Source: a virus
Direction: 5' to 3' (one strand)
IMG/VR virus record: IMGVR_UViG_3300046820_000975
Coordinates: 1 to 64,000 of that record
DNA length: 64,000 nucleotides
The stretch's first letter is position 1, and the number at the start of each line of letters is the position of its first letter. Under the pieces are notes generated by a model. That model saw only the letters and a program-made list of their open reading frames with translations, ran no database searches and was not told the origin of the DNA. Positions 29,207 through 38,963 of the stretch are shown one piece after another. A program made the translations under genes and the position numbers.

Positions 29207-29419
29207 TTAAAATTTAGCGTTAAAAAATAGATGTGCAATGATTTTGTAGTAGCAATACATATGGACTGCTGATACTGTTAAGAAGAATAAACCAGCAGCA
29301 ACTATAAAAATAGTCACTGCTAGTTTACCTAATGTGCGTTTAAAATGCATAACCGTAGAATGCGTTGTGAACCTTTTTAACTTCTTCCAAAATGAATTGA
29401 CCTTTTGCGTTTTCTTCAA
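29207..29419 (-). CDS. Small membrane protein (true start probably internal)
   Basis: Hydrophobic segment LAVTIFIVAAGLFFLTVSAV. Confidence 0.4.
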   Translation of the reverse strand: MKKTQKVNSFWKKLKRFTTHSTVMHFKRTLGKLAVTIFIVAAGLFFLTVSAVHMYCYYKIIAHLFFNAKF

Positions 29420-30449
29420 ATTCTTCTACATCATAATTCTTTTCATAATTAGAATCAACCTTCTTACCTAATGCTTTCATAATCAATGGATTACCATCAT
29501 GATATTCCATAGTAAAGCTACCATCAGGTAAAATTTCAGACAATGCACCAATTAAAGTATACTCTGGCATACGTACTGCAATGTATTTACCAAGGTTTTG
29601 ATCAGTAATTCTGTCTTGCATGTGTTTGTTTTCAAATACAGTTACTGGTTTCTTATCAGGTCCAATCATGTAAAGATTGTAAGATTTGTCTTCATTCTCT
29701 TCATTCACATTCATAAATGGCATAAATGATTCAGGAGCTGCATCATGTATGTTTACTTCTTGAATAATAGATTTAACCAAATCCATGGTAATCAATGATA
29801 AACTGCTGATTGCTTTGATAACTTCTAATCTTCTGTGTTTGTGTATCAATAAGTCATCTACAATCTCAATGATTGTTTCTAACTTCATGTTACCAAACTG
29901 TTTGATGTAACGCACACGTGATGGACGTTGCTTCATGTTTGCTTCCAAGTAGTCATTGTTACTTGTTAACAAAAATAAAATACGCGTGTCTGTCTTCAAC
30001 ACACCATCCATAACAGTTAATAAACTATTGTTATAGCGTTCAAAGATTTTGTCATATTCATCAATGAAAACTATCACATCTTGATTCAATTCGTTCAAAA
30101 AATTAGTAATATTTTCATATGCAGTTGGGATAATAATAACTGGTAAGTCAACAGTGTTGCTAATTTGTTCTGCAGTCACTGTCTTCCCTGTACCTTTAAC
30201 TCCATTAAGAAGTACACCCATGTTAGCAGTTGTATTATTCCATGTTTTAACTACGTGGTCAATAAAACTTGTTTCTGTTCCATAGACTTTGTAGTCAAAT
30301 TTAAATTTATCGCTGATGCGAGTGACATAGAATTGTCCTGTCATAGGATTTCTGTTCAACTTATAGACACCTTTTGGTAAAATAGGTACCTGATTTGTAA
30401 TTTCTGACATTATAAAGTCAGAACCATGATTGTTCCAAACGTTTTTCAT
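29340..30449 (-). CDS. AAA+ ATPase
   Basis: GVKGTGKT Walker A, VFIDEYDK Walker B, LLTVMDG, RPSRVRY arginine finger. Confidence 0.88.
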   Translation of the reverse strand: MKNVWNNHGSDFIMSEITNQVPILPKGVYKLNRNPMTGQFYVTRISDKFKFDYKVYGTETSFIDHVVKTWNNTTANMGVLLNGVKGTGKTVTAEQISNTVDLPVIIIPTAYENITNFLNELNQDVIVFIDEYDKIFERYNNSLLTVMDGVLKTDTRILFLLTSNNDYLEANMKQRPSRVRYIKQFGNMKLETIIEIVDDLLIHKHRRLEVIKAISSLSLITMDLVKSIIQEVNIHDAAPESFMPFMNVNEENEDKSYNLYMIGPDKKPVTVFENKHMQDRITDQNLGKYIAVRMPEYTLIGALSEILPDGSFTMEYHDGNPLIMKALGKKVDSNYEKNYDVEEFEENAKGQFILEEVKKVHNAFYGYAF

Positions 30450-30481
30450 AAATAAAATTGTGTTGTGATGTAATAAAAAAA

Positions 30482-30509
30482 CAAGTCCCAGATAAGAATC
30501 CAGGACTTG
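30482..30509 (-). terminator. Hairpin/terminator after the vWA gene
   Basis: CAAGTCC...GGACTTG stem with adjacent A tract. Confidence 0.5.
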
Positions 30510-30520
30510 CTATAACTAAA

Positions 30521-32437
30521 CTAAACAAAAACCTTTTCCTTGATGAGATGATCAATTTTTCTGCTCAAGAACTTAACCATATCGGTAGGTAAGTTCTCAA
30601 TGTCAGTCATTTGAATGAAATGTTTAAACATTCTCTCAGAAGGTACAGAAGATTCAATTGCAATCTGAATGACTTGTAAACCTAAAGCTTCAGTCTTTAT
30701 GACCTTTTGCTTTGTGTCTTCAATTGCACTTGCACCATTATATCTGTGAGCGCATGGAGCACCGTCAGATATAACAAACAGAATACCAGCGTTTTGTGTA
30801 AACTTACGCATACGCATACCAGTAGCTAAAATTGCATCACCATCTCTATTCTCTATACGTGCTCTGCAACTACCTAAAGCATACATGTTAGTTTTACCTG
30901 GTTCACGATAAGTTATCATGTCAGTAGTTCCTTCTTCTTCCATATCAGCAGAGTGACCATAAATGAATAACTCTACACCTTGCATCTTTCTGAAGATTTC
31001 ATTGATGAATATTGCTGCTTCTTTTGCTTTCTTCATTTTATTACCACCGCCCATAGAACCAGACTCATCAATAAGAACACCAACGCAAATCTTATTAGTC
31101 TTCACTTGGCCAATACGCTCGTAGATACTTGGAACACCTTGTACAGCTTCTGCTAACTTATCAGTATCCAATCTACCTGAACGCATAGACTTCATGCTAA
31201 ACTTATAATCTTTGTTCTTACGCGCAAAAAGACGTGCAAGTGTCTGTGCTTTTGACATATCAAGCTTTTCACGTACTCTTAAATAAGATTCTTTGTCTTC
31301 AGTAGCAGTAGCAAAACTAACAGTAGAACTGTAAACTTCACCTTTTTCTTCAAAACCATCTGCTTCTTTAGTACTAGAATCAAACTCATGCAAGTCTTTT
31401 AAATCTTTACTTGATACAGAATCATCTTTCATACCAGCATTGATAAGAGAACGCATCATTTTACGTGCTGCTTCATCCATTGGTTTACCACCTTTGCTTG
31501 AACCTTTGCTTTTATCACCTTCACCTTCTCCTGTGCCACCATCTTTACTGTCACCATCACCGTCACCATCTTTATCTTCATCACTATCACCGCCACCACC
31601 ACCTGGAGGAGGAGGTTCGATTTCATAAAGAAGTTTAGATAGTTTACCTGCAAGACTTTCACATTTAGTAAGAGAATCAGGAATACCACCTTCGCTCTGT
31701 AATAAATGTTTAATCTTTGACAATGGTTCAGCAAACTCTTCTAGTTGATCTTCACTGATGTCTGCTGGATAGCGAATCATCTTTGTGACAAGATCAAGAA
31801 GTTGTGTGCCTTTATCTTTCATAAGTTCTGCCATTACATCTTCCTCCTGCATCTTTGAATATGCATGATTCTTGTATTTCTGAACAAACTTAAGATAACC
31901 AGGGAATTTATCTGACAACTTTTTATCTATACGTTCTGAATTCAACAGAGACGCAAGATATTTAGTTGTATCAGAACGGTCATCGTCTTTAGTACTATCA
32001 CTTTTGTAACCACGCAACTCAAGAGAACGTATATATTCTGCTTTAGTCTGCATGGTAGCCATAGATGCATTCTGAATAGATGCACCATAAAAAGCATCAA
32101 CAATACTGTTGTCTTCTACGTATACACCTTTATCATCACGCAACATGTTGATAGGTACTTGAATAACAGGAGAGTCTGTTTTATGTGAAGAACGTGTCTT
32201 CTCAACAGTATCATTACCTGTAATAGTGAACTTTTTATCCTTACCTATGCCCAGTACTCTGAACATACTACCTAAGAATTTTCCTGCATCACTAACAGGA
32301 TTTTTTGCCATGAAGTAAGAACTGTAATTATCCAGTCCATCATCCCAGTTAAACAAACGTTTGCTTGGATCATAGAAAGTATAATCATGTTCTGAACTTC
32401 TATTAAACCAGTCAGTTTTAAAAGTCTTTCTAGACAT
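30521..32437 (-). CDS. vWA (MIDAS) domain protein, CobT/CbbO-like
   Basis: SGRLD, LIDESGSM, NRDGDAI, VISDGAP; acidic G/D-rich linker. Confidence 0.85.
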   Translation of the reverse strand: MSRKTFKTDWFNRSSEHDYTFYDPSKRLFNWDDGLDNYSSYFMAKNPVSDAGKFLGSMFRVLGIGKDKKFTITGNDTVEKTRSSHKTDSPVIQVPINMLRDDKGVYVEDNSIVDAFYGASIQNASMATMQTKAEYIRSLELRGYKSDSTKDDDRSDTTKYLASLLNSERIDKKLSDKFPGYLKFVQKYKNHAYSKMQEEDVMAELMKDKGTQLLDLVTKMIRYPADISEDQLEEFAEPLSKIKHLLQSEGGIPDSLTKCESLAGKLSKLLYEIEPPPPGGGGGDSDEDKDGDGDGDSKDGGTGEGEGDKSKGSSKGGKPMDEAARKMMRSLINAGMKDDSVSSKDLKDLHEFDSSTKEADGFEEKGEVYSSTVSFATATEDKESYLRVREKLDMSKAQTLARLFARKNKDYKFSMKSMRSGRLDTDKLAEAVQGVPSIYERIGQVKTNKICVGVLIDESGSMGGGNKMKKAKEAAIFINEIFRKMQGVELFIYGHSADMEEEGTTDMITYREPGKTNMYALGSCRARIENRDGDAILATGMRMRKFTQNAGILFVISDGAPCAHRYNGASAIEDTKQKVIKTEALGLQVIQIAIESSVPSERMFKHFIQMTDIENLPTDMVKFLSRKIDHLIKEKVFV

Positions 32438-32466
32438 AGTTAATGTTTTAAGAGAGTTGAAGAGTT

Positions 32467-32488
32467 GGGGAGACTATATAATCTCCCC
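32467..32488. other. Intergenic hairpin between MoxR and vWA genes
   Basis: GGGGAGA/TCTCCCC stem. Confidence 0.5.
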
Positions 32489-32514
32489 TATCTTCTATGA
32501 CCCTCTGTGATCAA

Positions 32515-33801
32515 TTAAAATGCACTAACGATACCCAACACCTTAGAGCGTTCTGATACTCCAATACCATCTTCAAACAAAGGCATGATAACTGAAAGTA
32601 AAGACTTCTCAGTTTCAAAACCATCTGCAATCAGACTAGCAGCTTGTAGGGTATGACGAACAGAAATTGCGTTAGACAACTCTTGTTCTTTCGACTGCTT
32701 ACGAATCTCATTAGCAACCTTTACAATTGCTTTTGCTTGCTTCTCACCAATACCTGTACGCAACATTAGCACACGAATTTCTTCAGCCTCGCGTGGATAA
32801 TCCAACTCAATTGGCATGAAGCGGTCTAACAATGCACGGTCAATTGCTTGAGTACCAGAATATTCTGCACCCAAGTTTGCAGTTGCAAAGAACACAGTAT
32901 CAGGGTGAATGTTAATCTTACGATCACAAGATTCACAAGCGATATCTACAGGAATGTAGCGACGCTTGTCTAATGCAGGGAATAAGATATTGTTTGCAGC
33001 AAGTGGAGAGCGATTCAGCTCATCCAATAAAACTAAACCACCAGATTGAACGTGACTGATGAATGGAGCAAACTCAAATTCTGAGTGACCTTCCTTATTC
33101 AAACGATGCACACCTAGCAATGCAGACTGAGCATCTTGAACAGTACCCATGTCTTGGATATTCAATTCTCTTGCCATAGTCTTTGCAAGTAATGCAATCA
33201 TTTCTGTTTTACCAGAACCAGTAGGACCTACCAACATAGTATTCTCACCACGTAACACGTTACGAACCATAAGATACCATTTGTCTTGGTCAACTTGGAA
33301 TCCGCAGTCTTCAACTTTAGGTGCAGGATACATAGCAGTCAAACTTCTACGGAAGTTAGCACCTGCTTCCATTTTACCTGTTGCTTCATCAATCTTTGGA
33401 GTCAACATCTTTTCAATGTCAATCTTTATTCCAAGTGCTTTCTCTGCCAACGCAGCATATTTCTTTGCGTGGTCATGACCCATCTCAGGGTTATCAATCA
33501 TGTAAGTGGTGATATAATTCCAAATCTCTTCTTTGTTCGCTTCAGTGATTGGGAATATATTATCTTCAAAATACACAGGGATTGCACTACCCTTTGGGAT
33601 AAACATTTCTACACCAGATGTCATTTCTTCTGTTGTGCAGATAAACACGCTGTTTAACGGATAACGTGCAAAGTCTGAGACAGTTGCTTTAATTTGCAAG
33701 TCTTCTAATGGACACGTTAACGTTTTGTCAAGGTTTGCTTGACCTGATAAAGGACGAATTTGATAGTTTGTACCTTCAATTCTAGTTTGTAAGAGGATCA
33801 T
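32515..33801 (-). CDS. MoxR/CbbQ/CobS-like AAA+ ATPase
   Basis: GPTGSGKT, LLDELNR, FATAN, DRALLDRF, SVR. Confidence 0.88.
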   Translation of the reverse strand: MILLQTRIEGTNYQIRPLSGQANLDKTLTCPLEDLQIKATVSDFARYPLNSVFICTTEEMTSGVEMFIPKGSAIPVYFEDNIFPITEANKEEIWNYITTYMIDNPEMGHDHAKKYAALAEKALGIKIDIEKMLTPKIDEATGKMEAGANFRRSLTAMYPAPKVEDCGFQVDQDKWYLMVRNVLRGENTMLVGPTGSGKTEMIALLAKTMARELNIQDMGTVQDAQSALLGVHRLNKEGHSEFEFAPFISHVQSGGLVLLDELNRSPLAANNILFPALDKRRYIPVDIACESCDRKINIHPDTVFFATANLGAEYSGTQAIDRALLDRFMPIELDYPREAEEIRVLMLRTGIGEKQAKAIVKVANEIRKQSKEQELSNAISVRHTLQAASLIADGFETEKSLLSVIMPLFEDGIGVSERSKVLGIVSAF

Positions 33802-33893
33802 AATTGTATTGATTAATTGTTTTTTTTTTGATTCTTGATACTATAGATAAGGGTACTCTGTTACAAGTACCCTGTCACTACAGCTTATACACA

Positions 33894-34394
33894 TCACATA
33901 AAGTCTTTTGGATTGAATGTTGAATCATCCATTGATGTTCCATTTCCAAAGCGTTTCTTAAAGAATTCACGTAACTCATCACGAACACGCTTACCTTCTT
34001 CATAATCTTCTTTGTCAGCAGCGTTTTTCATACGGTCACGCAACTTCTTTAACGTTTCAACGTCTTCATCAGTTGCTTCAAATGTATCTCCTTGACCTAA
34101 AGTTCTCATCATGTCTTTAAGACCATCAATGAAACCTTCGTCATGATTTGCATCTGAGATATCATCAATCCTTGTATGGATTTCTTTCTTTAAGTTATCA
34201 ATCTCACGTTGCATACGTTCAAGAATACCCAATGCTAAGAAAGGGTTACACTTTGACTGAATAAGGACACCTTTTGGGTTACCTGTATCACTCAATTCAA
34301 TACCAATGACAATGATATTCTCAATAGAATTCTTGTCTGCATCTAACATTTCTGTACGCAAAGATGCGCAGCGATCTAAATACTGTTTAGCCAT
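33894..34394 (-). CDS. Hypothetical protein with UVR-like motif
   Basis: MKNAADKEDYEEGKRVRDEL resembles the UvrB/C coiled-coil motif. Confidence 0.5.
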   Translation of the reverse strand: MAKQYLDRCASLRTEMLDADKNSIENIIVIGIELSDTGNPKGVLIQSKCNPFLALGILERMQREIDNLKKEIHTRIDDISDANHDEGFIDGLKDMMRTLGQGDTFEATDEDVETLKKLRDRMKNAADKEDYEEGKRVRDELREFFKKRFGNGTSMDDSTFNPKDFM

Positions 34395-34423
34395 TTTGCT
34401 AAGTTTTTGTTTAGTTAAAATAA

Positions 34424-34735
34424 TTATTTCTTAAGTCCTTCACTGAACATTTTTAGTTCAGTATCACAATCTTCAAGCAGATTCACAATAGGAGACAGAG
34501 TCTTTACCACGTTATGAATAACTTGGTAATACTCAGACTTCTTAAATGAGTCTGCTTGCGTTTGTGTTATGTCATGATAAGTGACACCATTATCGTTTGT
34601 CTTCTGGATTCTTAACTTTTTCAAGTTAGATTCCATAGTATCAACGATGTCCTTCATTTTGTGATAGGTCAAAATGATGTCTTTGTTTGATAAGCCAGCA
34701 TACTTTGGCACTGTTGTTTCAGTAATCTGTGTCAT
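34424..34735 (-). CDS. Hypothetical protein
   Basis: ATGA-coupled ORF. Confidence 0.55.
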   Translation of the reverse strand: MTQITETTVPKYAGLSNKDIILTYHKMKDIVDTMESNLKKLRIQKTNDNGVTYHDITQTQADSFKKSEYYQVIHNVVKTLSPIVNLLEDCDTELKMFSEGLKK

Positions 34736-35256
34736 AACATAGGAGTTTGTGGAGTGATAGATAAAAAATTTGCAGGTAACAACTTTCTGATTATCAATTC
34801 GTTGATAACATCAGTAGTTGTAAACTTGAGAGAGCGCAATGTCACTCCGCTAGGAAGTGGTTCCATCCAGTCACAATCCTTGTCATATCTTATGGAGTTC
34901 TCTCCAAAGATTTGATTGATTAACTTAGTTTCAGCAGCCATGTAACGCTTTGCTTTCATAATGTGAAGAAAACGTGTAGCACGCAAATGATCCTGTTCAA
35001 TTCTGTGTATTGCTTGAGGACTCATAGCACGCTTCTGTGCATCTGAGAACTCTTTCATACCGTACATTAAACGTCTGTACATAGGGCGTTGTATCAGATT
35101 AAGATGTAACCCTTCTTCAATATCAACTGCTGTAGCATTATGCGACGGTTGATTTTGATAAGTGGTTTTACCATACTGATAAAACTTCTTGTCACCCATA
35201 TCTGAGTGCAAGACATAGCAATTGGCATTGCAATTGGCAATTGTAACTTTTGTCAT
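34732..35256 (-). CDS. Hypothetical protein
   Basis: MYRRLMYG...TLRSLKFT...LLPANF motifs. Confidence 0.6.
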   Translation of the reverse strand: MTKVTIANCNANCYVLHSDMGDKKFYQYGKTTYQNQPSHNATAVDIEEGLHLNLIQRPMYRRLMYGMKEFSDAQKRAMSPQAIHRIEQDHLRATRFLHIMKAKRYMAAETKLINQIFGENSIRYDKDCDWMEPLPSGVTLRSLKFTTTDVINELIIRKLLPANFLSITPQTPML

Positions 35257-35269
35257 AAAGTTTAAATTT

Positions 35270-35563
35270 TTAAACGTTAAATTTCAAGAACTTATTTTTG
35301 TCCTTGTTGACGATAATATACTCGCAGTTAGTGTATTTCTTACGCGAGCGTGAGACATGATTAATAGCATCTGCTAATTCAATAAACTCACAGGTGTACA
35401 TGTTCTTTGTACTTAAATTAAGACGTATAACCAAATAATGTGGCACAACATGTGAATGCTGTACCACATACTTGATTGGCTCTCTATTTAAATTCTTTCG
35501 CAAGCACCTTAACTTTACTGACATACGTGCTATCTTCCGCATAATTCTTTGATAGATACTCAT
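35270..35563 (-). CDS. Hypothetical protein (start probably internal)
   Basis: Fills the gap; 5' part overlaps the glucosaminidase gene. Confidence 0.4.
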   Translation of the reverse strand: MSIYQRIMRKIARMSVKLRCLRKNLNREPIKYVVQHSHVVPHYLVIRLNLSTKNMYTCEFIELADAINHVSRSRKKYTNCEYIIVNKDKNKFLKFNV

Positions 35564-36020
35564 AGTATTCTGCTTCTGAATGTATGTTTTTCAAATAACA
35601 GCACTGGAATAGTGCATAATCAAGAACAGATTCACGCCAGTGTTGATACACTGCGTGTCCATTCTCTGCACCTTTGTTTGTTGATACTCTACCACGAGCT
35701 TCTCTCATACCAAACAAATTGTTGTTAGATTTAAAAATCTGACTACTAAAATGTCCAGTCTCAAGACAAGCTTGTGCATATACGATGTGAGGGAATTGAA
35801 TCTGTAAGTCTTTCAAGTATGACTTAAACGCTTCAGGTGTAAAAGTGTCCGTCGTTGTGACAGACACTTTATACTCCCGCGGTGATTCAAAACCTCTTAC
35901 AAAACCATAGTGGTAACTAGTAAACCCAACTATTGATACAGTCAGTAACCAGACAATCCACCAAGGTTTGGGACGATGTTCTTTGAATTGTAAAGAATTC
36001 AAGTCAAACTTGTAGATCAT
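35484..36020 (-). CDS. Membrane-anchored glucosaminidase (GH73-like peptidoglycan hydrolase)
   Basis: AQACLETG, NNLFGM, YAEDSTY; N-terminal TM. Confidence 0.82.
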   Translation of the reverse strand: MIYKFDLNSLQFKEHRPKPWWIVWLLTVSIVGFTSYHYGFVRGFESPREYKVSVTTTDTFTPEAFKSYLKDLQIQFPHIVYAQACLETGHFSSQIFKSNNNLFGMREARGRVSTNKGAENGHAVYQHWRESVLDYALFQCCYLKNIHSEAEYYEYLSKNYAEDSTYVSKVKVLAKEFK

Positions 36021-36565
36021 CTAATCCAACGATTTTTCTCATAGAACATCATTTGTAGACGTTCTAAGTCTTCTGCATTACGAGCAGCAAGATAGTTAGT
36101 GTTCATGTTAATCCACTCGCATAACGCTTCATTTGACACATCATCAAATCTTTCTTCATTTGCTACGTGCCATATGTAATTGGCAAGTATCTCTTGAAGT
36201 TTATAACTTGTAGGTATGTCATGGTAGAATTCAAAGTTAACAGGTTCTGATATCTGTTCTAATTCACCATTAGTATCTCTCTTGTAAAGAGGAGTGCTTA
36301 ACGAAGCGTTCCACCTGTAGGTAGTCCTATATTCTCTGTAGAGATTAAAGACTGCTGACAATAGTTCTACCACCATATCACCAATAAGGAATACCTCAAG
36401 GGTGATATAGATAGGTAGAATACGTGGGTTATTTACAAACAACAACTTATCATAGAATGCTTCATAGAGTGTAGTACCAATTAGCAATCCTGCCAAGGTC
36501 ATACATAGAACTCTGAATATTCTGACAAGTTTCTGTTTTCTGCGGGACCTAAACTTATTTAGCAT
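36017..36565 (-). CDS. Two-TM membrane protein
   Basis: Two N-terminal hydrophobic segments. Confidence 0.55.
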   Translation of the reverse strand: MLNKFRSRRKQKLVRIFRVLCMTLAGLLIGTTLYEAFYDKLLFVNNPRILPIYITLEVFLIGDMVVELLSAVFNLYREYRTTYRWNASLSTPLYKRDTNGELEQISEPVNFEFYHDIPTSYKLQEILANYIWHVANEERFDDVSNEALCEWINMNTNYLAARNAEDLERLQMMFYEKNRWIR

Positions 36566-37061
36566 ACTCAGCTACGATTTTAGAAATAAACTCTTCATGA
36601 GTCATGTCTTCGTTAGCAAAGTAATCCTCTAAAGTAATCTTGTGGCTGATTTCTTCTATTGTAGGAATACCTAAACGAGAATTGTCATGTCCACGGTGTG
36701 GTTCATGTAGAACTGCCAAAGACTTTGGTTTACCATTCTCTTCGCCAACGTATGTCACACTTGAATAATAACCAGAACGATTTCTTATCAAAGAAGCATT
36801 CCAACCAAAGTGGAAGGTATCATCTGAGTACTTATCAATACAAGTGTCGCGTAAATTTTCAAACTCTTCTTCAAGGTTTTTCAAGTTATTGTATAAACTG
36901 TTTAACTCCTTCAGTTTTGATTCTGCTTGTTTGAACTCAGGAGTTTTCTTTACGTCAGCAAACTTTTTGTTGTTTTGCTGTTTACGCTTTGTAACGATTT
37001 CGTCTTGGATACGTGTAGCGAGAATCTTCACTACATTCTGGGGCATAGTTTTCTTTGCCAT
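36555..37061 (-). CDS. Coiled-coil hypothetical protein
   Basis: Co-oriented ORF with A/C-rich leader. Confidence 0.6.
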   Translation of the reverse strand: MAKKTMPQNVVKILATRIQDEIVTKRKQQNNKKFADVKKTPEFKQAESKLKELNSLYNNLKNLEEEFENLRDTCIDKYSDDTFHFGWNASLIRNRSGYYSSVTYVGEENGKPKSLAVLHEPHRGHDNSRLGIPTIEEISHKITLEDYFANEDMTHEEFISKIVAEYAK

Positions 37062-37075
37062 GATTTGTTATTGGT

Positions 37076-37435
37076 TTAAATGTTATTACTTTTTGAGAAC
37101 TTTGTAACTTCTGAGAACTTACCGTTTACATAGCGGTGAAATATCAGCGTGTCACAGCGTTCATCTTCCATACAATCTTGGGTATAAGAACCCGCGTGTG
37201 TCTTAGAGCGGATAGTACCAAAGTACTTAGTACCTGTGGTAGTGATATACTCATAAGCAGCGTAGGGTCTCTTAACAGTTTCGCGGTGGATGCTACCATC
37301 CTCTTCATAGTAAAGAGCATCATAGTAACCGCATTGATCACAAAAGGTGGTCTCTCCTTCTTCTATAAGAAGATAAAGACTTGCATGATGATTGTCACAG
37401 TAAGGACAAATACATTCTTCTTGTGTAGTAGACAT
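37076..37435 (-). CDS. Zn-ribbon protein
   Basis: CPYC...CDQCG. Confidence 0.6.
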   Translation of the reverse strand: MSTTQEECICPYCDNHHASLYLLIEEGETTFCDQCGYYDALYYEEDGSIHRETVKRPYAAYEYITTTGTKYFGTIRSKTHAGSYTQDCMEDERCDTLIFHRYVNGKFSEVTKFSKSNNI

Positions 37436-37600
37436 AAGTTAGTTCTGATTAAAAGTTAATGATTTCTTGAGTACATTGACTAGTTGCTATCTAGTGTCGC
37501 GACTTTTGTGGCTAACTAGCACTTTAGTTAAGGGTGATAGAAGGTGAGAGTGGTGTTTTACCACCCTCACAATCAATCACTTACGCACAAATACCACCAA

Positions 37601-38092
37601 TTAAGATGGTAAGTTAGCAGCTTTACGTGCAGCTAAGAACTCACGCACCTCAGCGGTGTTGTCATTCTGTACTTTAACGTCAGCAGTAGTACCTGTCTCA
37701 TCATAGAAAGAGTATCTGATGATACGCTCTCCACCATAAGTAAGTTCCATGCCATCATTACCTGCACGTTTTACGTACGATTTGATAGCATCTTCCCACG
37801 TCATTGCTTTGTCATTGTGGATGACATTAACAATATGGTCAGGAACTTCAGATTCTAAATACTCTTGAACGCAAATACGTCCTGGCATAGTACCATACTT
37901 GGCGTCTTTAATTAACCCTTGAAGGTCAGACACTTTACCGCGTATTAAACAACTCTTCTCCTTTACAGAGATGAAGCCATTGTTAATACTACGTACGCTT
38001 TCAGACAAGCGAATGTAACCATACTCAGGGTTACTGTCATAAGCTGTGAACATTGCACCAGCTTTGTTAGGCATAATTCTTACATTAGACAT
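37601..38092 (-). CDS. Early protein, 163 aa, paralogue of 38383..38877; likely start MSNVRI
   Basis: Shared SNPE(Y/F), GFI, PGxIxVxE, GxRIxR and terminal ANLPS motifs; cassette motif about 28 nt upstream. Confidence 0.75.
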   Translation of the reverse strand: MSNVRIMPNKAGAMFTAYDSNPEYGYIRLSESVRSINNGFISVKEKSCLIRGKVSDLQGLIKDAKYGTMPGRICVQEYLESEVPDHIVNVIHNDKAMTWEDAIKSYVKRAGNDGMELTYGGERIIRYSFYDETGTTADVKVQNDNTAEVREFLAARKAANLPS

Positions 38093-38382
38093 AAGGTGTA
38101 AATTTAGATTAGATTGGTTGGGTGTTTGGAATGGGGTTGTGAATGGGGGTAGTGGGTGGGATGGTAGTGGGTTTGTGTACATGGTTTTGATTTGGTCTTG
38201 ATTCCTTGCGGGGTACAGTTCTGATTATCCATGAGAGTTTGACTGGGTACACTATTGCTGTAACCCTTTCTGAGTATTTGGGGTGGTTGGAATGGGATAG
38301 TGAATTGGTGTACCCTGTTTTGTGGACAGGGTTGTGGACAAGGTGTAGAGCGTAGCATTTCTACTACGCTCACTGTCCTTGT

Positions 38383-38877
38383 TTAGGAAGGCAAGTTAGC
38401 ACCGCCTGCACGTACTGCTGTACGCCATTGGGCAATCTCTTCCTGGTTGTCGTGTTCTACACGCACGTCTTGCATAACGTTATCAGGGTCGTAATCTGTG
38501 AAACGCAAGATTCTGTCTCCTTCTTTACGCAAGTAAGGAGCATCATCTTGTGGACGTTTCAAGAATGGTTGTACTGCTACTTCATAGTCAACGTCTGAAC
38601 GTAGACGTGACTTAAAAGATTCAGGACATTCACTCTCTGTGAACTCTCTAACAACTATCTGTCCTGGTACAGGACTGTTAGCATAAGTGTTGACAAACAT
38701 TTGAAGAATGTCTTTCTTAGCACGCAAGATAGTGGTGCGTGTCTGCTTGTCAATGAACCCGCCTGCTCTGTGTACAATCTTATCAGATTGCATAACGCAG
38801 TATGCGAATTCAGGGTTAGACGCGTAGTAACGAACTTTGTTACCTGTCTTTGGGTCTGTAATGATAGTTACTGACAT
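38383..38877 (-). CDS. Early protein, 164 aa, paralogue of 37601..38092
   Basis: Same shared motifs as its paralogue. Confidence 0.75.
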   Translation of the reverse strand: MSVTIITDPKTGNKVRYYASNPEFAYCVMQSDKIVHRAGGFIDKQTRTTILRAKKDILQMFVNTYANSPVPGQIVVREFTESECPESFKSRLRSDVDYEVAVQPFLKRPQDDAPYLRKEGDRILRFTDYDPDNVMQDVRVEHDNQEEIAQWRTAVRAGGANLPS

Positions 38878-38963
38878 AGTTATGGGGATTTAATTAGTGA
38901 CGTTGGGTGTTTGGGTGTAGTGGTGGGTAGGTAGAGTTTGTGTACCCTACCTACCTTACTACC

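Noticed and set aside
31480-31620. TCACC/CCACC short repeats
   Set aside because: They simply encode the Gly/Asp-rich linker of the vWA protein.
38093-38373. Pro/Thr-rich ORF 38104..38373 and the 30 aa N-terminal extension of 37601..38182
   Set aside because: These arise from C/A-rich low-complexity non-coding sequence. The paralogue alignment and motif spacing place the start at 38092.
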